The position numbers and the translations under genes are program-made. Positions 30,301-42,184 of a stretch of DNA of 60,600 nt are shown piece after piece. Location: assembly GCA_034440415.1 (NCBI GenBank), contig JAWXBX010000234.1, forward strand, positions 1 to 60,600, read 5' to 3'. The DNA comes from Gemmatimonadota bacterium (GTDB lineage: Bacteria; Gemmatimonadota; Gemmatimonadetes; Gemmatimonadales; GWC2-71-9). The notes under the pieces are model-generated. The model had not been told where the DNA came from and did no database searches. It saw nothing but the letters and a program-made list of their open reading frames with translations. Positions within the stretch are counted from its first letter, which is position 1. Every line of letters begins with the position of its first letter.

Positions 30301-31470
30301 GCGCTGGTCCACCAGCGCCCGTACCTCGACCAGCGCCATGGCGGGGTAGTGGGTGCCCATGCGCTTGCGGTAGACCGCGCCGAGCGGCTTGAGGCTGTCG
30401 CGATACTGGGTGACATCGGTGACGTAGATCGTCAACCGGCCGATATCCGCCGGCACTCCGCCCGCTTCCCTGAGCACCGTCAGCGCATTACCGAGCGCCC
30501 GGTCAAACTGGTCCACGAAATTGCGGGCCAGCGCCGAGTTCTCGGCGGCAACTGTCAAACCGTCTAACCGCCCAACCGCCTTTACCCCCGTTTGTCCCGC
30601 GATGAACAGCACTCGTCCGCCGGCCCGCGCCAGCATTCCGTTGCTCCAGCCGCGGGGCGCACCGAGTTCTTCGGGATTGATGATTGTATAGCGGCCCGCC
30701 ATCGGTTCCCGCCCGTCGAGCACCACCGCCTCTCCGTTAGGCGAATCGGCACGGTCGGCGCAGAGCGCCGCCACCGCCAGCGCCACCTCGTCCGCCGTGA
30801 TCAGCCGGCTCTGGCCGGCCGAAGCGAGTGCCGCGGCGAGTGCCTCTTCCCGGCCGCGGCCGGTCTTGGCGATGATGCGGTCCAGCGACTCGGTGGTCAT
30901 TTCAGTGTCGACGAAGCCGGGACAGACGGCGTTCACCGTGACGCCGGTGCTCGCCACTTCCGCCGCTGTCGACCGGGTCAATCCCATCAGCGCGTGCTTG
31001 GCCGCGGAGTAGGCGGCGATGTACTTGGCGCCCTGCAGCCCGGCGGTGGAGGCCACGTTCACCACCCGGCCCCACTTCCGTTCGATCATGCCGGGTAGCA
31101 CTGCCCTGGTGCAGAGGAACGCGCCGGTGGCGTTGACGGCCATGAGGCGGTTCCACTCATCCAGCGAGGTCTTGATGACAGACATCGAGGCGGCGGCACC
31201 GGCATTGTTGACCAGCACCGCCACCGGCCCGAACTCGCCCGCTTCGCGGAAGAGTGTCTGGACGCTCTCCTCGCTGGTCACATCGCACACGACCGGCCTG
31301 GCCCGTTTGCCCATCCCGATCAGCTCGGCCGCAACCGCCTCGATCCGGTCGCGGCTCCGGGCCGAGACCACGACCGAGAATCCTGCCGCCGCGAGCGCCC
31401 GCGCGGACGCCGCCCCGATGCCACGCCCGGCGCCCGTCACCACCGCGACCCGGCCCGCAGGGCCGTTCAC
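30301..31470 (-). CDS. Mirror copy: SDR-RidA fusion, truncated at axis
   Basis: Reverse complement of 29131..30300, with an identical translation in the ORF track (30034..31470-). Confidence 0.8.
30549..30580. repeat. Mirror copy: octamer repeat inside SDR-RidA CDS
   Basis: Reverse complement of 30021..30052. Confidence 0.8.
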
Positions 31471-32216
31471 CGGGTACCTCCGGTCCTGCTGCCGAGTTCG
31501 GCCTGGACCGCTTCTTCGAGGATCATTCCCAGAACCTGAATGGTAGACCGGCCTTCTTCGGCGGTGGCCTCGGCGGGAAAACCGAAATAGGCGCGCGCAC
31601 CGCCCGCCTCCTCGAAACTCCGCTTGCCGTCTCTAATGGCGCGTGAGAGTGATGCCGGATTCGGTGACAGCGCCGCCCGGATGGTCTCACGCACCAGTTC
31701 GGGGCGGGTGGCGAGGAGCACTGACGTCTCGAACTGGCCCGCGTGGCAGGCGCCGTTCCTGAATTCCTCGGTGAGCCGGAGCGCCCATGGCTTGGTGGCA
31801 AGATTGGGAAAGGCGACCGCCAACCTGGTGTCGCGGCGGATTTCGCCGACGGCGACGTCCAGTGAGGTGAGATGCCCCGGATCGAGATGCGCATTGGCGA
31901 CGGCCAGGACGCCGAATCCCTGGTGGGCCAGGCTCTGGCCAAGATCCACGATCATCGCTGTCACCGTCTCCGGCCGGAGCGAGATCGTCCCGGCGAAGCC
32001 CCGGGCAAAGGCCGCGGAGGTGTACGCCAGCGACGGAAGCATCACGGCAGCCATGCCTCGCGCGGTGAGCCGCGCGGCGCAGGCGCGCGCCATCGCTTCG
32101 GCGATGATCACGTCGGTCTCGAGGGGCAGATGCGGCCCGTGGGCCTCGATAGCGCCCACCGGCAGGATGGCGACTGCTCCCGGCCCCGCGGCGTCCCGCG
32201 CCTCTTCCCAGGTCAT
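31467..32216 (-). CDS. Mirror copy: creatininase-family amidohydrolase
   Basis: Reverse complement of 28385..29134, with an identical translation. Confidence 0.8.
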   Translation of the reverse strand: MTWEEARDAAGPGAVAILPVGAIEAHGPHLPLETDVIIAEAMARACAARLTARGMAAVMLPSLAYTSAAFARGFAGTISLRPETVTAMIVDLGQSLAHQGFGVLAVANAHLDPGHLTSLDVAVGEIRRDTRLAVAFPNLATKPWALRLTEEFRNGACHAGQFETSVLLATRPELVRETIRAALSPNPASLSRAIRDGKRSFEEAGGARAYFGFPAEATAEEGRSTIQVLGMILEEAVQAELGSRTGGTR

Positions 32217-32269
32217 TGCGGCGAACGTATGCACGGTTATTGTGTCCTCACCGCTCTTCTCCTTCTGGG

Positions 32270-33814
32270 ATGTCGGCCATGACCTCCGAACCACCGGCGC
32301 AGCTGAATATCGCCGACTTCTTTCTCGATGCTCGGGTGCGTGAGGGCCGGGGCGACCGGACCGCGCTGATCACCGATGCCGGACGGTGGAGTTACCGGGA
32401 GGTACAAGCGCTGGCCAATCGGTATGCCAACCTGCTGAGGTCGGCGGGGGTGGCTCCCGAACAGCGGGTGATCATCGCCCTGCCGGATGGCCCGGACTAT
32501 GTCGCGGCCCTGTTCGGTACCCTGAAGATCGGGGCCGTCGTGGTCATGGTCAACCCGGAACTCAAACCCGAGACCATCGAGTATTTCTTCGGCTACAGCC
32601 GCGCCAGCGTGGCGCTGGTGGCGGCGGAGGCCGCCGACGCCTTCCGCGCGGCCGCCAGCCGGTCGGCGCACCCGCCGACCTTACTGATCGTTGGCGGCAG
32701 CGAATGGGAGGCGCGCGTCGCGGCAGCACCCGACAGCTGGCGGAATTTCCCCACGCATCCCGACGACGCCGCCATCTGGCTGTTCTCCGGCGGCACCACC
32801 GGCCGGCCCAAGGCGGCGGTGCAGCCGCATCGATCGTTCGTGAACACCGCCCAGTGCTATGCTCATCACGTACTCAGCTACACCGAGGACGATATCACCA
32901 TCTCGGTGCCCAAGCTGTACTTTGGTTACGCCACCGGCTCCAATCTGCTGTTCCCTTTTGCCGCCGGCGCCGCGGCGGTGCTCTTTGGCGAGCGCTGCAC
33001 TGCCGAGGTGCTCTTTGCCCAGATCAGGACACACCGACCCACCGTTCTGGTCACCGTCCCCACCATGATCAATCAGATGGTGAGTCATCCGGCGGCGGGC
33101 GGGCAGGACTTCTCCTCGCTCCGCCTGGCCACGTCGGCGGGGGAGGGGCTGCCGGAAGAGCTGCACGTCCGCTGGGACGAGGGCTTCGGTGTTCCGCTGC
33201 TCGACGGACTCGGCACCGCCGAGATGTGGCACATCTTCATATCCAACCGGGCGGGCCGGATTCGCCGGGGGACGCTGGGAGAGGTCGTCCCGGGCTTCGA
33301 GGTGAAGGTGGCGGATGATGAGGGACGCGCACTGGCTGACGGTGAAACCGGTCAGCTCTGGGTGCGGGGCGGGTCGCGGGCGCTCGGCTACTGGCAGCAG
33401 CTGGAGAAGAGCCAGACTGCATTCCGGGGCGAGTGGGTGGTGTCGGGTGACCTGATCCGGCGTGATGCCGACGGTTACTACACCTACGGCGGCCGGGCCG
33501 ACGAACTGCTCAAGGTCGGTGGCAAGTGGCTCTCGGCCACCGAAGTGGAGGGCTGCCTGTTGCTGCATCCGGCGGTCTCGGAAGTGGCGGTGGTCGGCGT
33601 GGCGGACGCGAACGGACTGGTCAAGCCGCACGCCTATGTGATTGCACGGGAGCGGCGCGACGATCTGGCCGAAGAGCTCAAGGCCTTCGTGCGGGAGCGG
33701 CTGGAGCCGTACAAGCACCCGCGGGAGGTGATCTTCGTGGATGCGCTCCCGACGACGCATCTGGGGAAAGTGGATCGGGGCAAGTTGCGGGCGGAGCGGC
33801 GATCTGGCGATTAG
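32270..33814 (+). CDS. Mirror copy: benzoate-CoA-ligase-family acyl-CoA ligase
   Basis: Reverse complement of 26787..28331, with an identical translation. Confidence 0.9.
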   Translation: MSAMTSEPPAQLNIADFFLDARVREGRGDRTALITDAGRWSYREVQALANRYANLLRSAGVAPEQRVIIALPDGPDYVAALFGTLKIGAVVVMVNPELKPETIEYFFGYSRASVALVAAEAADAFRAAASRSAHPPTLLIVGGSEWEARVAAAPDSWRNFPTHPDDAAIWLFSGGTTGRPKAAVQPHRSFVNTAQCYAHHVLSYTEDDITISVPKLYFGYATGSNLLFPFAAGAAAVLFGERCTAEVLFAQIRTHRPTVLVTVPTMINQMVSHPAAGGQDFSSLRLATSAGEGLPEELHVRWDEGFGVPLLDGLGTAEMWHIFISNRAGRIRRGTLGEVVPGFEVKVADDEGRALADGETGQLWVRGGSRALGYWQQLEKSQTAFRGEWVVSGDLIRRDADGYYTYGGRADELLKVGGKWLSATEVEGCLLLHPAVSEVAVVGVADANGLVKPHAYVIARERRDDLAEELKAFVRERLEPYKHPREVIFVDALPTTHLGKVDRGKLRAERRSGD

Positions 33815-33851
33815 GCGGTAGCGACAGTACCGCTGCCTGGCCCTACCTTTC

Positions 33852-33891
33852 CAATCGCCCAATCCGCCAATCGCTCAATCGCCCAATCGCC
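33852..33891. repeat. Mirror copy: 5-unit octamer repeat (CAATCGCC-type as read on +)
   Basis: Reverse complement of 26710..26749, checked base by base. Confidence 0.9.
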
Positions 33892-33900
33892 TACCCTCCC

Positions 33901-35997
<2,097 letters not shown>

Positions 35998-36023
35998 CCG
36001 ACGGACACGACGGAGGGATGCAT

Positions 36024-36062
36024 GAGAAAGCCCCCGATCTCCGCACACGGGAGATCGGGGGC
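36024..36062 (-). terminator. Mirror copy: Rho-independent terminator
   Basis: Reverse complement of 24539..24577. Confidence 0.75.
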
Positions 36063-36090
36063 TCTACCTCATGGTGCCATGCGACCACGG

Positions 36091-38154
36091 CTACATGGTG
36101 GCGAGCTTGCCGACAGCGGAGGCCAGCATGTGGGCCTTGGCTTCATCGGCCGCGCCGACGGCATCGGCGTGCAGCTGGGTGGTCAACTTGGTGAGCGCGT
36201 CCTTGCGCGCCTGACCGGAGAGCTTTTCCGCGCTGGCGAGAGCTGCCCGAGTTGCGGCGATCCTGCCAGCGGCCAGCCCCTTCGAGCGTTCGAGCTGGTC
36301 CAGGTAGGCGCGCGGTACGGCAAAGCTCGCCGGCCAGACGAACTTCGGCTGGCCCTGGGTGTTGAAGTAGTCGAACTTCACCAGCTTGGCGGCGTCGATC
36401 TCGTTCTGCGAGACGTAGGCGCTCGGCGTCAGCTCGAAGATGTCCAGACCACGGCCGATTTCGGAGCTGACCATCACGCCGTTGTACCAGTACACCGACC
36501 ACGTCCCGGCGTTGCCCATTTCGGTCGAGTCCGCCGGCCCGCGGTCGTGGAAGGCGATCTCCTTCGGGTGGCTGGCGTCGGTCCAGTCGAAGATCGAAAT
36601 GCCGCCCTGGTACCACGACTGCACCATGACGTCCCGCCCGGGAATCGGGATGAGCGAGCCGTTGTGCGCCACGCAGTTCTCCAGCGACGTCTGGGGGGCC
36701 GGCATCTTGTAGTAGCTCTTGAACGTCATCTTGTTGTTGGCCAGCGTGAAGATCGCGTCGGCGCCCCACTCCGGCTTGTCGGTGGCACGGCACTTGGGCC
36801 CGCCGCCGCCGCCCCACTCATCCGAAAAGAGGATCTTGGTGCCGTCGTTGTTGAATGTCGCCGAATGCCAGTAGGAGAAGTTCGAGTCGGAGACGGCGTC
36901 GATCCGCTTGGGGTTGGCCGGATCGCGGATGTCGAGCAGAAGCCCGTATCCGCCGCACGCACCACCCGCCAGACCAATGGCCGGATAGACGGTGATATCG
37001 TGACACTGGGTCGGACCGGGACGCGGGCCGTTGCCGGGGGCGGGGGGAGCGCCAAACATCTTGTCGATGATGCCTTGCACTGCGGAGCGCAGCGCGGCGC
37101 TGTCCGCACTGGTCGCCACTCCGGTCGTGTTGCCGCGCGCCTTGGCCACGCTGTCGAGCATCGGGGTCACGAACCGCGCCGGCAACACCATTTCTTCCCC
37201 GTTGAACTTGATCGTGAAGAGCCCCTTGGCCTTCGCCTCGGCGACTTCCTTGGCGTTCGCGGCAATGTCTTCCGGCGCTTCGCCATGTTCCGGCGGAGCA
37301 ACCAGGTCATTGAAGATCCGCGGCGAGCTCACGACCTTCGCCTGCTCCGGGTGGGCCAGCGGCACCTTGATGACTTCGATGCGGAAGAGCGCGGAGTTCG
37401 GGTCCTGATCTGGCGCCAGCTTGGAGCAGCCGGGCAGTTCGTTGGGTGAGCGGACTCCTGCCGAACCGGAGACGTAGACGTACACATTCTCCTTGTCGTT
37501 CGGATCCTCGAGCACGGTGTGGGTATGCGAACCGCGGCAGGTTTGCACGTTGGCGAGGTACTTCGGCGCGCTGATATCGGTGATGTCAAAGATCCGGATG
37601 CCGCGGAGGCGATCGGTGCTCACGGTGTCGCGCACCCCCTGCGTACCGCAGTCGAGCCGGCCGCCATTTCCCTCACCCGAGACGAAGAGGAGGTTCTTGT
37701 ACACCGACACATCGCTTTGTGAGGCCGGACAGAGGTAGGCCGTCTTCAGCGACGGCTTGGCCGGGTTCGAGATGTCCCAGACCTGGAAGCCGTTGTAGCT
37801 GCCCTGAATGGCGTAGGGCCCGCTGAAGGAGAGGTCGGAGTTGGTGCTGCCGAGGAATTTCTCCGATGGGCGTGTCGTCGAGACCAGGCGCACGTTCCAG
37901 GCGGCTTCGGCGGCGTCCCACATCCCCGCGCGGAGTCCGACCCGCGGATCCACCTTGGGCGCCATGGCCGACATGTCGTGGCCGGCCGCGGAGGAAGAGG
38001 ACGAGGCGCAGCCCGCGAGGGACAGCACGCCGAGCGCGAGCGAGAGGGACCGGAGGGAGAAGGCGGTACGCGGTGTGCCGGACCAGCGGGCTGTGGGAGC
38101 CAATACCATGGAGGAATCCTGTGAGGAGACGGGAAAGGGGGGTAACGGGAGCAT
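36091..38154 (-). CDS. Mirror copy: beta-propeller-like lipoprotein (LVIVD-repeat-like)
   Basis: Reverse complement of 22447..24510, with an identical translation. Confidence 0.6.
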   Translation of the reverse strand: MLPLPPFPVSSQDSSMVLAPTARWSGTPRTAFSLRSLSLALGVLSLAGCASSSSSAAGHDMSAMAPKVDPRVGLRAGMWDAAEAAWNVRLVSTTRPSEKFLGSTNSDLSFSGPYAIQGSYNGFQVWDISNPAKPSLKTAYLCPASQSDVSVYKNLLFVSGEGNGGRLDCGTQGVRDTVSTDRLRGIRIFDITDISAPKYLANVQTCRGSHTHTVLEDPNDKENVYVYVSGSAGVRSPNELPGCSKLAPDQDPNSALFRIEVIKVPLAHPEQAKVVSSPRIFNDLVAPPEHGEAPEDIAANAKEVAEAKAKGLFTIKFNGEEMVLPARFVTPMLDSVAKARGNTTGVATSADSAALRSAVQGIIDKMFGAPPAPGNGPRPGPTQCHDITVYPAIGLAGGACGGYGLLLDIRDPANPKRIDAVSDSNFSYWHSATFNNDGTKILFSDEWGGGGGPKCRATDKPEWGADAIFTLANNKMTFKSYYKMPAPQTSLENCVAHNGSLIPIPGRDVMVQSWYQGGISIFDWTDASHPKEIAFHDRGPADSTEMGNAGTWSVYWYNGVMVSSEIGRGLDIFELTPSAYVSQNEIDAAKLVKFDYFNTQGQPKFVWPASFAVPRAYLDQLERSKGLAAGRIAATRAALASAEKLSGQARKDALTKLTTQLHADAVGAADEAKAHMLASAVGKLATM

Positions 38155-38795
38155 CAGGGGCTGCGTCCCTCGGAAGGGAGTGCGGCGAGCATCTTCTGCA
38201 TGCGGTCGATCTCGGTCGTCTGATCGGCATAGACGTCGGAGGCAAAGCGGAAGACCCGCTCCTCCTCGCCGGCGCCCTTCGATCCGAACAGTTGGTCCAC
38301 CATCACGATGGCGCCCTGGTGATGCTGGATCATGAACGTGAGAAACATCCGGTCGAACTCCGGGCCCCGCGCCTGGTCCAGCTGGACCAGCTGCTCCGCG
38401 GTCAGCATGCCGGCCATCATCGGCATCATCGCGTGGTCCATTCCCGGCATCATGCCGTGAGACGCATCTCCGTCCGGCACCGGTTCACGCCGGTCGCGGA
38501 GCCAACGCTTCATCAGGGTGATCTCGTCCTGCTGGCCGACGACGATTCGTTCGCACAGGGCCCGCAGCGACGGACTGGCGCCATGCGAGGGCGCCCAGCC
38601 GGCGATCAGCACCGCCTGCGCGTGGTGGCTGATCATGCCGGTCATGAAGGCGACATCCGCCGCGGTGTAGAACGGATGCTGTCCGGCGTCCTGGGCCGAG
38701 GCCTGAGCGGACGCACCGGTCGCGGTGCCACTGGCGACGAGGGTCAGGGCGACGAGTAACGGTGCCACCCGGACTCGCGATATCATCTCAATCAT
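38154..38795 (-). CDS. Mirror copy: DUF305-domain secreted protein
   Basis: Reverse complement of 21806..22447. Confidence 0.8.
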   Translation of the reverse strand: MIEMISRVRVAPLLVALTLVASGTATGASAQASAQDAGQHPFYTAADVAFMTGMISHHAQAVLIAGWAPSHGASPSLRALCERIVVGQQDEITLMKRWLRDRREPVPDGDASHGMMPGMDHAMMPMMAGMLTAEQLVQLDQARGPEFDRMFLTFMIQHHQGAIVMVDQLFGSKGAGEEERVFRFASDVYADQTTEIDRMQKMLAALPSEGRSP

Positions 38796-38965
38796 GGTGT
38801 GCGTCCCTGATCTGCGGAAATTCGAGCGTCCGATAGTACCGGGGCGGGCGCGGGTTGGGAAGCTGACGGTCGGGAGGGCTGGAAGGTTGCAGATGGCGAC
38901 GGGTTCAGCTGCGGTGCCTTCCGGCATGCTGTGCCCCGAAGCGGCGCACGGTGGTGTGATCGCCA

Positions 38966-40891
38966 TCAACCCGAAAGCCCGAACCGGTCCTGCAGCACGC
39001 AGGCGCTCAGCATCAGCATGAGGACCTGGTCGACGGCGGTGCGGTCGCCGTCGCTCATGCCGGGGAGGGCATTCAGCAGCGCTGCCACCTTGCGCTGGTC
39101 GAAGAATGGCAGCGACTTCATGATCGGGCCGCGAAGGGTGTCCTGCATCAGCTGGCTGAGCCGGCCATCCTGGTCGAGCGTTGCCGGCGGACTCAGGAAC
39201 GGGTGTTTCTGGCGATTGTAGACCGTATCGGTGATGACGCCCCTGGTCGCCTCCCGCAGCACGTACTTTTCGGTCATGCTGCGGATCTTCTGCCTGACCG
39301 GCATGGAGCAGATCAGCTCCACGACATGGTGATCGAGGAAGGGAAGCCGTCCTTCCACCGAGTGTGCCATCTCCATCCGGTCGCCCAGAATCGAGAGGAT
39401 GTAGTTCGGCAGCACCGTCTTGGCCCAGAGGTAGAGCGACTGGTGTACCGGGGCGCGCCCGCTCAGCTGACCGCCGACGTCGAGAGCGTCGAGCAGGCCT
39501 TTGAAGGCGTGGCGCTGCCGGATGCCTTCCGCATACCCGGTGGCAAAGAGACTCTGCAGCTTGAAGGTGCTGGTGGCAAATGTCGCGATCCATGACGGGG
39601 TGAAGCCGAGCCGCCGGGTGAGGGCCTCGGTGGAGACGCCTTCGCCGTCGGGCAGCAGGAGGCCGCGCGACACCTGATTGGTCCGGACCAGCTCAGCCAT
39701 CAGGGCCTCGACCTCGGCGGGATCCTGGTCGCCGTTGTCGTACAGCAGCATGTCGCGGCGGAAGTGGGCGTATCCGCCGAAGATCTCGTCGGATCCCTCG
39801 CCCGTCAGCACCACTTTGTATCCCGCCTTCCGCACCGCATCGCTCAGCACGTACTTCGCGACACCGTGGGCGTTGTAGCACAATGCCTCAGAGGCGGCGG
39901 TGGCGTCGAAGAAGTGATCGGCCAGGTCGGACTGCCGGATCGGGACCGGGAAATACTCGGCGCCGGCGAGGCTGGCCATCTCCCGGGCCTGCGGGCCCTC
40001 ATCGTAGTCGGGCCGGTCGAAGGTCAGGGTAAAGGCACGGATCGGATCGACCTGGTGCCGTGCGGCGAGGCCGAGCACGGCGCAGGAGTCCAGTCCGCCA
40101 CTGAGATAGCAGCCCACCGGCACGTCGGCCCGAAGCCGGAGGCGCACTGCCTCGCCCAACTCATGGTGCAGCCGCTCCGCATACTCCTTGTCGGTATGGT
40201 GCTTGGTGGGCCGGTCGGCCGGCGGGTAGTGGAAGTCCCAGTAGGAATGCAGGTGGGTGTAGCCAGGGGTGGCCAGCATGTAGTGGGCCGGCGGCACCTG
40301 GGAGATGCCGTCGAACAGTGTCTCGGTGGGATGGCCGCCGGCCAGATTGCCGAACACCCGCTGCTGATTCCACCGGGCGGGAACCCCCGCCGCGAAGAGC
40401 GCCTTGACCTCCGAGGCGAGGTACAGCGCGCCGGCGTGGCGGGCGTAGAACAGCGGCTTGATCCCGAAGCGGTCGCGGGCGGCGAAGAGCGTCTGATGCG
40501 CCTCATCCCAGATCGCGAAGGCGAATTCGCCGCGCAGCTGGTACAGGCAGCCCGCGCCAAGGTCCTCGTACAGATGGAGGGCGATTTCGCTGTCCGATCG
40601 GGTCCGGAGCCGGTGGCCGCGCAGCTCCAGCTCGTGCTGAATCCGCTCGAAGTCGTAGAACTCGCCATTCGCCACAATGTGCGTTCGGCCATCCTCGCTC
40701 GCGATCGGCTGGTCCCCGGTCGTCAGATCGATGATGCTGAGCCGGGCGTGGCCCAGGCCGACGCGACCATGCCCGGCGATCCACTGCTGTTGTCCGTCAG
40801 GTCCCCGGTGTTCCAGCCGCCGGGTCGCCCGTTCGAGGTCAGCCGGGGAGACGCTGCCAGTCGGGGAGTAGATCGCGACGATTCCGCACAT
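38966..40891 (-). CDS. asnB: Mirror copy: asparagine synthase (glutamine-hydrolysing)
   Basis: Reverse complement of 19710..21635. Confidence 0.9.
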   Translation of the reverse strand: MCGIVAIYSPTGSVSPADLERATRRLEHRGPDGQQQWIAGHGRVGLGHARLSIIDLTTGDQPIASEDGRTHIVANGEFYDFERIQHELELRGHRLRTRSDSEIALHLYEDLGAGCLYQLRGEFAFAIWDEAHQTLFAARDRFGIKPLFYARHAGALYLASEVKALFAAGVPARWNQQRVFGNLAGGHPTETLFDGISQVPPAHYMLATPGYTHLHSYWDFHYPPADRPTKHHTDKEYAERLHHELGEAVRLRLRADVPVGCYLSGGLDSCAVLGLAARHQVDPIRAFTLTFDRPDYDEGPQAREMASLAGAEYFPVPIRQSDLADHFFDATAASEALCYNAHGVAKYVLSDAVRKAGYKVVLTGEGSDEIFGGYAHFRRDMLLYDNGDQDPAEVEALMAELVRTNQVSRGLLLPDGEGVSTEALTRRLGFTPSWIATFATSTFKLQSLFATGYAEGIRQRHAFKGLLDALDVGGQLSGRAPVHQSLYLWAKTVLPNYILSILGDRMEMAHSVEGRLPFLDHHVVELICSMPVRQKIRSMTEKYVLREATRGVITDTVYNRQKHPFLSPPATLDQDGRLSQLMQDTLRGPIMKSLPFFDQRKVAALLNALPGMSDGDRTAVDQVLMLMLSACVLQDRFGLSG

Positions 40892-40960
40892 CAGCTGCTC
40901 CGGGAGATGGACGAATCCGATGCGCGGCACGGGATCGGCGTAGTACGGCCGCCACTGCGG

Positions 40961-41941
40961 CTATTCATGGATGGCTCGCTGAAAGACGAGATTGGCCGCT
41001 ACCATGTCCTCCATGGCGTTGCCCATCGCCTTGTAGACCGTGATCTCGGTCGGGCTCAGGCGGCCCGGCTTTTGGCCCAGCGTGACGGCACCGAGCGTCG
41101 TACCGGTAGCGGGGTCCAGGCCGGCAAGCTCGCTGCATCCCACCGGGCTCGGCTGAAAGGCGTCGAGCGTCTCGACGAAGATCCGTTGGTGTCTGGCGAG
41201 TTCCCGCGGGAGTTCGCTGCCCGGAGGTGCGTATCCCACTGACGTGACATGCGCGCCGGGCTTGATCCACTCGGCCTGAATGACCGGTGACGGCGACGCT
41301 GTGGCGAGGCAGACGATGTCCGACTCGCGGACCGCCGCCTCCAGATCGGTGGTGGCGTGCGCCGTCTCGCTTCCCGCCGCCAGTTTCCGTGCCTGTTCGG
41401 GGTTGCGGGAACAGACATTGATGCGCGCAATGTTCCGGACGAGTGGCAACAGGCGGAGATGGTCTCGCCCCTGTACCCCGGCACCGATCACGGTGGCAGT
41501 TCGGGATTCGGCCCGACTCAACAGCCGGACCGAGAGCATCGCGGCGGCGGCCGTGCGGAGGCCGGTGATACTGGCGCCGTCCATGACGCAGGTGGGCGCC
41601 CCCGTGTCGGGATCGAAGAGACCGATCAGCGCCTGGTGGCTGGGTAACCCCAGCTCGTGATTGCCCTCGAAGACATTGACGATCTTGACGGTCAGCTGCA
41701 TCCCCGGCCGCCAGGCTGACATCGCCAGGGAGAATCCCCGGTCTGCCACCCGGAGCTTGGGCCGCGGGGGCGTCTGTACCTCGCCCAGCTCCAGCCACCC
41801 GAAGCCCGCTTCCAGCCCCTCAAGCAGCAGCCGCGGATCGAGATACCGCTCGACGTCGGCCCCGGTGAGCATCAGGACCTGCGCGGCGCCCCCGATGAAT
41901 GCGAAGCTCGCGTGGCGCGGCGAGCGGTCACGCGGGCTCAT
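40961..41941 (-). CDS. Mirror copy: ornithine cyclodeaminase / mu-crystallin family protein
   Basis: Reverse complement of 18660..19640. Confidence 0.85.
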   Translation of the reverse strand: MSPRDRSPRHASFAFIGGAAQVLMLTGADVERYLDPRLLLEGLEAGFGWLELGEVQTPPRPKLRVADRGFSLAMSAWRPGMQLTVKIVNVFEGNHELGLPSHQALIGLFDPDTGAPTCVMDGASITGLRTAAAAMLSVRLLSRAESRTATVIGAGVQGRDHLRLLPLVRNIARINVCSRNPEQARKLAAGSETAHATTDLEAAVRESDIVCLATASPSPVIQAEWIKPGAHVTSVGYAPPGSELPRELARHQRIFVETLDAFQPSPVGCSELAGLDPATGTTLGAVTLGQKPGRLSPTEITVYKAMGNAMEDMVAANLVFQRAIHE

Positions 41942-42184
41942 GCCGAGCCTGTGCCGGTGAGGTCATGCTCGCGAAACTGCGGCCGACAGCGGGGATTGGC
42001 AAGACTCGGGGAGGCGGTCGATCACGACGCGTCGTATTGCGTACGGCGCGGGGTCGCGGCATACTCTGCTGGCCGCGATTGACCTTGCTGTCCATCTCTC
42101 GAATCACATCGGGCGCGGGGCGCAGCCCGCGCAGCATCATGCTGCCGGCCGGCGTCAGCCACGCAGCGATTCCACGGAGCATGC

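Noticed and set aside
30283-30318. Hairpin telomere / protelomerase target site at the palindrome centre
   Set aside because: The centre lies inside a coding domain, not in an intergenic telomere-type site. No telomere resolvase, partition or replication genes are present in the 30 kb arm. The possibility is not formally excluded and is mentioned under finding 1.
39764-41242. Long antisense or off-frame ORFs. Examples are 39764..41242+ and its twin 19359..20837- (492 aa, opposite asnB), 23152..24579- (475 aa), 26739..27920+ (393 aa), 14844..16388+ (514 aa), 753..1757- (334 aa), 8892..9827+ (311 aa) and the 21008..21805 part of the 479-aa ORF
   Set aside because: Their composition is Arg/Pro/Gly/Ala-dominated, as is typical of wrong-frame reads in high-GC DNA. 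No motifs are recognisable, and each fully overlaps a CDS with clear family signatures.
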